Sequence record: SRR31156797_2530
DNA: 64,000 bases
Strand: one strand, 5' to 3'
The notes under the pieces were generated by a model. The model searched no databases. It saw only the letters and a program-made list of their open reading frames with translations, and was not told the origin of the DNA. The position numbers and the translations under genes were made by a program. Shown here one piece after another: positions 60,545-64,000 of the stretch (positions are counted from its first letter, which is position 1; each line of letters begins with the position of its first letter).

Positions 60545-61183
60545 TCACTCATTCGGGCATCCGTTACCGAGAATCTCTTCAACCGTCCTCTTTGTACCGC
60601 GGAATCGTAACAAAAAAAGCAGCAAGAGCACACCAAGTTGCGTGATTAATAGACCTTTAAAGGGAAATTCAAAAGTAAAGCCTGCGGGAAGATGAAAGAA
60701 ATGAAAAAAATCCTGCAGTGCTTTTTGACTAAGCCACAAACCGCTGACAAGCCCTATCAAACCAATAACAATGCTTTGAATGCCTACAAAGAAAAGCTCT
60801 TCTAAGGTGACCACCAACGGAGACTGTCCTAACAACAACCGAATACTCAGGGATTGCTGCTCCTCCCCCATCAAATGAAAACGATACATGTGATTGCAGT
60901 GCCATAAAAAGGCGGCGATCAATCCTATAGCTAGAATGCTAAGTACGAAGCGCAGCAAATGCAAAAAGAAAAGCCAACTGGCATATGTGAGATCCATCTG
61001 ATTCTCACCACTATTTGTTTCGTAGTGCAGCCATTGATGAAAAAAAACTAGCCAATTCTCTGCAAAGATGGCAATGATCAGTAGAAGAATCGCCAATACA
61101 CCACTCATCAGCAAACTGCGCCTACGAAGTGCTGCGTGCCAGCCGAATTGGCAAGGATAGTAGAAGTACCGCCATTTGTTCAT
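60545..61183 (-). CDS. Four-TM membrane protein, FtsX-like permease pattern
   Basis: RBS AAGGAGG before ATG 61183; SIRLLLG..P....E motif between TM2 and TM3. Confidence 0.65.
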   Translation of the reverse strand: MNKWRYFYYPCQFGWHAALRRRSLLMSGVLAILLLIIAIFAENWLVFFHQWLHYETNSGENQMDLTYASWLFFLHLLRFVLSILAIGLIAAFLWHCNHMYRFHLMGEEQQSLSIRLLLGQSPLVVTLEELFFVGIQSIVIGLIGLVSGLWLSQKALQDFFHFFHLPAGFTFEFPFKGLLITQLGVLLLLFLLRFRGTKRTVEEILGNGCPNE

Positions 61184-61319
61184 GATAGCCCTCCTTTTGG
61201 CGTCTATTTTACAGAACTTTTCAAATTTAGACAAACATCTTCTTGTTTACATAATATAATTATGAACAAAAAAGAGTGCGGCACGTAGCCCACACTCTTT
61301 TCCCTTTAGCTATCGACGT

Positions 61320-63587
61320 CTACAAATACCTTGTCAGCAGCTGCAACAAGCGCTGCGGAAATTCTGTTAGATTGGAAAGATCAATAAAGCGTTCTTCCCC
61401 ATAAATCGCTTTGATCACCTCTTTGTCTTGGCCAATGGCAGCTGCCAGAAACAGCACCCCTTGTCGTTCATAGTCAGCGATCACTTGCTGAATATCTTCT
61501 TTGGCTTTTACCCCTGTATAATCAGGAAGAGCTTTTGGCTGGCCATCACTGATATTCAAGAGTAATTTAGTGGTTGCCGGCTGATGAGCGAGCTTTTCAG
61601 CTAGCACGCGCAAGACAGCCCCATCACGGTTATTTTGCCGAGGCTTCATTGTCATGAGTTTCTCTGGCACAAATTCAAAGCCTTCATTAAATTCTTTGTA
61701 AGCAAAAAGCGAGGTTTTTTCACGAGCGGTCACGTCCGCTGTATCGCCATAGATCATCAATGGCAAAGATAAACGTTCGGCAAAAGCATTCACCGCTAAG
61801 ACCGCCTGTTGCGCATACAATATCCGATCTTCTCGAATCATCGAACCCGATTCATCGATGCGCAAAGCAAGAGCTAAGGAAGGCTGTTCATGAGGTGGAT
61901 TCTTCTTGTCAAAGGTCCGGAAATCTTGATACGCAACCTTGCTGGCATCAAAGCGTGTGCCGCTGTACTTACCTTTACTGTATGCCGAAGCTTGTTCATT
62001 TTCCAATACTTCTTGGGTTTGCTTGATCAATGACTCTACGATCGGCAGCAACGGCTGCAAACGCTGTTGGGCTTCAGTCGCTTTTTCTAAATCGACGGGT
62101 GGTCGATGAACGATCAGCCCTTCTTTGGCATGGATTGATTCTTTCAATGCTTGTCGTGCTGCCTTTGATGCCGTAGTTTTCTTTTCTTTCTCCTGGGCTT
62201 CATACGCTTCGATCGACAAAGAATGAGCAGCAGGAGCTGCCTCTTGTGCCTCACTCCCAGCTTTTGCTTGGCCATCATGACTATTGCGTTCTAGTTCTTC
62301 TGAAAACGTCGCCTCAGTTGCTGCGCTTTTCGCTTCTTGTTTGTCAGAATCACTGGTTTCCATCGTTTCCGCCTCAGTTTCTTGATTGGCGGTCTCAAGG
62401 ACTTGCTCATTTTTTAGGACGGGCGTGCCTTCTTCCACTACATTGCGCTGGTCCGCCTCTTCGCTGCTGATTCGGCGTCCTTTGATTTGTTCTTTAAAGG
62501 CATTTAGCGGTTGTCCAGAAAACAAAAGCCGCAATTGCGCCAATAACCCTGAAGCTTCTAGCGCCTGTTGTAAAAGAGAAAGCTCATTCGGATCGGTGGT
62601 GATTTTGTATAGCACTTTGCTATCAATTGCTGTAAAGGGATCTTGTCCTTGCTTGACTGCATTTAGCCAATAAAAATAGGAACGCATGCCCGCCACTCCT
62701 TTGATGGCGTTGGCTTTGGCGGTCACGTCTAGCAAGCGTATGATCTCAGCCATTTTCTCCGCAGTCGTTTTGTCCGGATAATTGGTTTTGGCAATGCCTC
62801 GCTGCACCATGACTGCTAGCTCAGGTAAATCCATTTTTTCAGCATGCTGCATCCGATCTCGCAAGGATTCGTTCAATGGTCGGTTGCCTTGGTAATTCCG
62901 ATTCGTTGTGATGATCACCACACAGTCAGGGTGTCGTCGGACGAAGCCAGTCGGGATATTCAGCATTCCATTTTGTTCAAGGGCCGAGTTTAGTGCCACT
63001 AGTACCGAAGCATCACGAATGACCGTTGGCTCTTGAATCTCAAGCAAGTAGCCTTTTTCCAGCGCCCGTACGATTTCGGAGGGATAAAATTTGTATTGAA
63101 TCGTAGGTTGTTGATCACTGGTTTCGATTCGTTCGATCAGTTCTGCAAATTTCGCCCGTGCCCGCTCACGAGTCAGGGAAAAATGCCGCTGGATCAACCC
63201 CAAAACATCTTCAAAACAATCACTTTGATAAATCGCATCCAGCAAGTCCTTGTCCTCTTCTTGGTCGGTGTTGATCACTGGTAATAAAGCACCAAACACA
63301 TCTGACTTATCCATATCCGCAAAGCAGGTGATTTTGGTGTAGGGCAGTTGCAGGTCGGCAGAAAGTGCCTTTGCCAACTGGGTCTTGCCGGAACCAGCAT
63401 CGCCTTCCAGCAACACATTGAAGATCTTCATCTCTGGATCCGCCCAATTCAACGCGATCTCTGAAGCAATTCGTAGTTCTTCAGCACTGGTCTGATGACT
63501 TTGTGGTTTTTTCCAAATCATGGTTTGTTCTAATTTGCTAAAAGCGCGTCCTTTCGTTACAACAAAAGACGGTTGATTTTGTGTCAT
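61320..63587 (-). CDS. Fused MoxR/NorQ-type AAA+ ATPase and vWA (MIDAS) protein
   Basis: Walker A GDAGSGKT, Walker B-like LLEIQEP, TTN..Y.G..PLNESLRDR; C-terminal RIDESGSM, NRDG, ISDGQP. Confidence 0.88.
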   Translation of the reverse strand: MTQNQPSFVVTKGRAFSKLEQTMIWKKPQSHQTSAEELRIASEIALNWADPEMKIFNVLLEGDAGSGKTQLAKALSADLQLPYTKITCFADMDKSDVFGALLPVINTDQEEDKDLLDAIYQSDCFEDVLGLIQRHFSLTRERARAKFAELIERIETSDQQPTIQYKFYPSEIVRALEKGYLLEIQEPTVIRDASVLVALNSALEQNGMLNIPTGFVRRHPDCVVIITTNRNYQGNRPLNESLRDRMQHAEKMDLPELAVMVQRGIAKTNYPDKTTAEKMAEIIRLLDVTAKANAIKGVAGMRSYFYWLNAVKQGQDPFTAIDSKVLYKITTDPNELSLLQQALEASGLLAQLRLLFSGQPLNAFKEQIKGRRISSEEADQRNVVEEGTPVLKNEQVLETANQETEAETMETSDSDKQEAKSAATEATFSEELERNSHDGQAKAGSEAQEAAPAAHSLSIEAYEAQEKEKKTTASKAARQALKESIHAKEGLIVHRPPVDLEKATEAQQRLQPLLPIVESLIKQTQEVLENEQASAYSKGKYSGTRFDASKVAYQDFRTFDKKNPPHEQPSLALALRIDESGSMIREDRILYAQQAVLAVNAFAERLSLPLMIYGDTADVTAREKTSLFAYKEFNEGFEFVPEKLMTMKPRQNNRDGAVLRVLAEKLAHQPATTKLLLNISDGQPKALPDYTGVKAKEDIQQVIADYERQGVLFLAAAIGQDKEVIKAIYGEERFIDLSNLTEFPQRLLQLLTRYL

Positions 63588-63605
63588 GGCAATCTGCTCC
63601 TTTTC

Positions 63606-64000
63606 TTAATAACCTAGCTCATCTAAAAGCCGCTTTAGGATTTTGAAGCGTTCGCCGTATAGCTCGCCATCTTTTTGCAAGGAATCATAAAAAAGTAGAA
63701 TGTCTTCATCGATCTTAGGATTTTCGGTGTCTACTTCAACGGTCATACGATTTCCTTGTAAGCCAATGATCTCGATCAACGGATTTTCAGGATCGTAAAA
63801 CTTTTCATGGCGATAAGCCTCTTGAAAATACAAACTGGATTGCGCCACTAAGATTGCTAGATCTAAGATTCTAGTGAGCGGTAGTTCTTCTGACTGACGA
63901 GACCATTTTTCACCTGTGTGGCGCCAAACCTTGCCTGAGATATCGACTTTTCCCCGGTCGTTCCATTGTGCCAATCCGAGGGAAAGGCCTTTTGCATCCG
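63606..64000 (-). CDS. Conserved hypothetical protein (DUF6530-like), 5' end outside window
   Basis: Frame open to the window edge: DAKGLSLGLAQWNDRGKVDISGKVWRHTGEKWSRQSEELP. Confidence 0.75.
   Translation of the reverse strand, partial: DAKGLSLGLAQWNDRGKVDISGKVWRHTGEKWSRQSEELPLTRILDLAILVAQSSLYFQEAYRHEKFYDPENPLIEIIGLQGNRMTVEVDTENPKIDEDILLFYDSLQKDGELYGERFKILKRLLDELGY

Overview
Chromosomal window from an Enterococcus-like Firmicute (inferred from gene content and the dif sequence). It runs from the 3' end of lepA across the replication terminus: a 28-bp dif site sits at 58084-58111, and gene orientation shifts from mostly + to mostly - around it. The left part (about 0.2-26 kb) looks AT-richer by eye and accessory. 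It holds decayed gene copies, an Rrf2/quinone reductase pair, a Zn-macrodomain + class M sirtuin + PPOX-like + Nudix operon, GH115, a peptide ABC transporter, a lipoprotein flavodoxin and a glycosaminoglycan locus (GH88, PTS IIB/C/D, PL8 lyase). The middle holds a LysR-flavodoxin-CMD-cupin cluster, a malonate decarboxylase operon with an embedded acyltransferase-3 membrane protein, oxidoreductases, an ECF sigma factor, mgtE and an rsgA paralog. Around dif are two LexA-box operons (YolD-like trio; PD-(D/E)xK nuclease + sce7725-like) and a fused AAA+/vWA protein. The best leads for undescribed biology are the SOS nuclease-sce7725 pair, the SirTM operon lacking GcvH-L, the AT3 protein in the mdc operon, a leader-peptide attenuator before rsgA, a three-way-junction leader before mgtE, and a CiaR-box-type small RNA candidate. 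No CRISPR array, integrase, transposase, tRNA or rRNA was seen. All family calls are from motif recognition; no database search was run.
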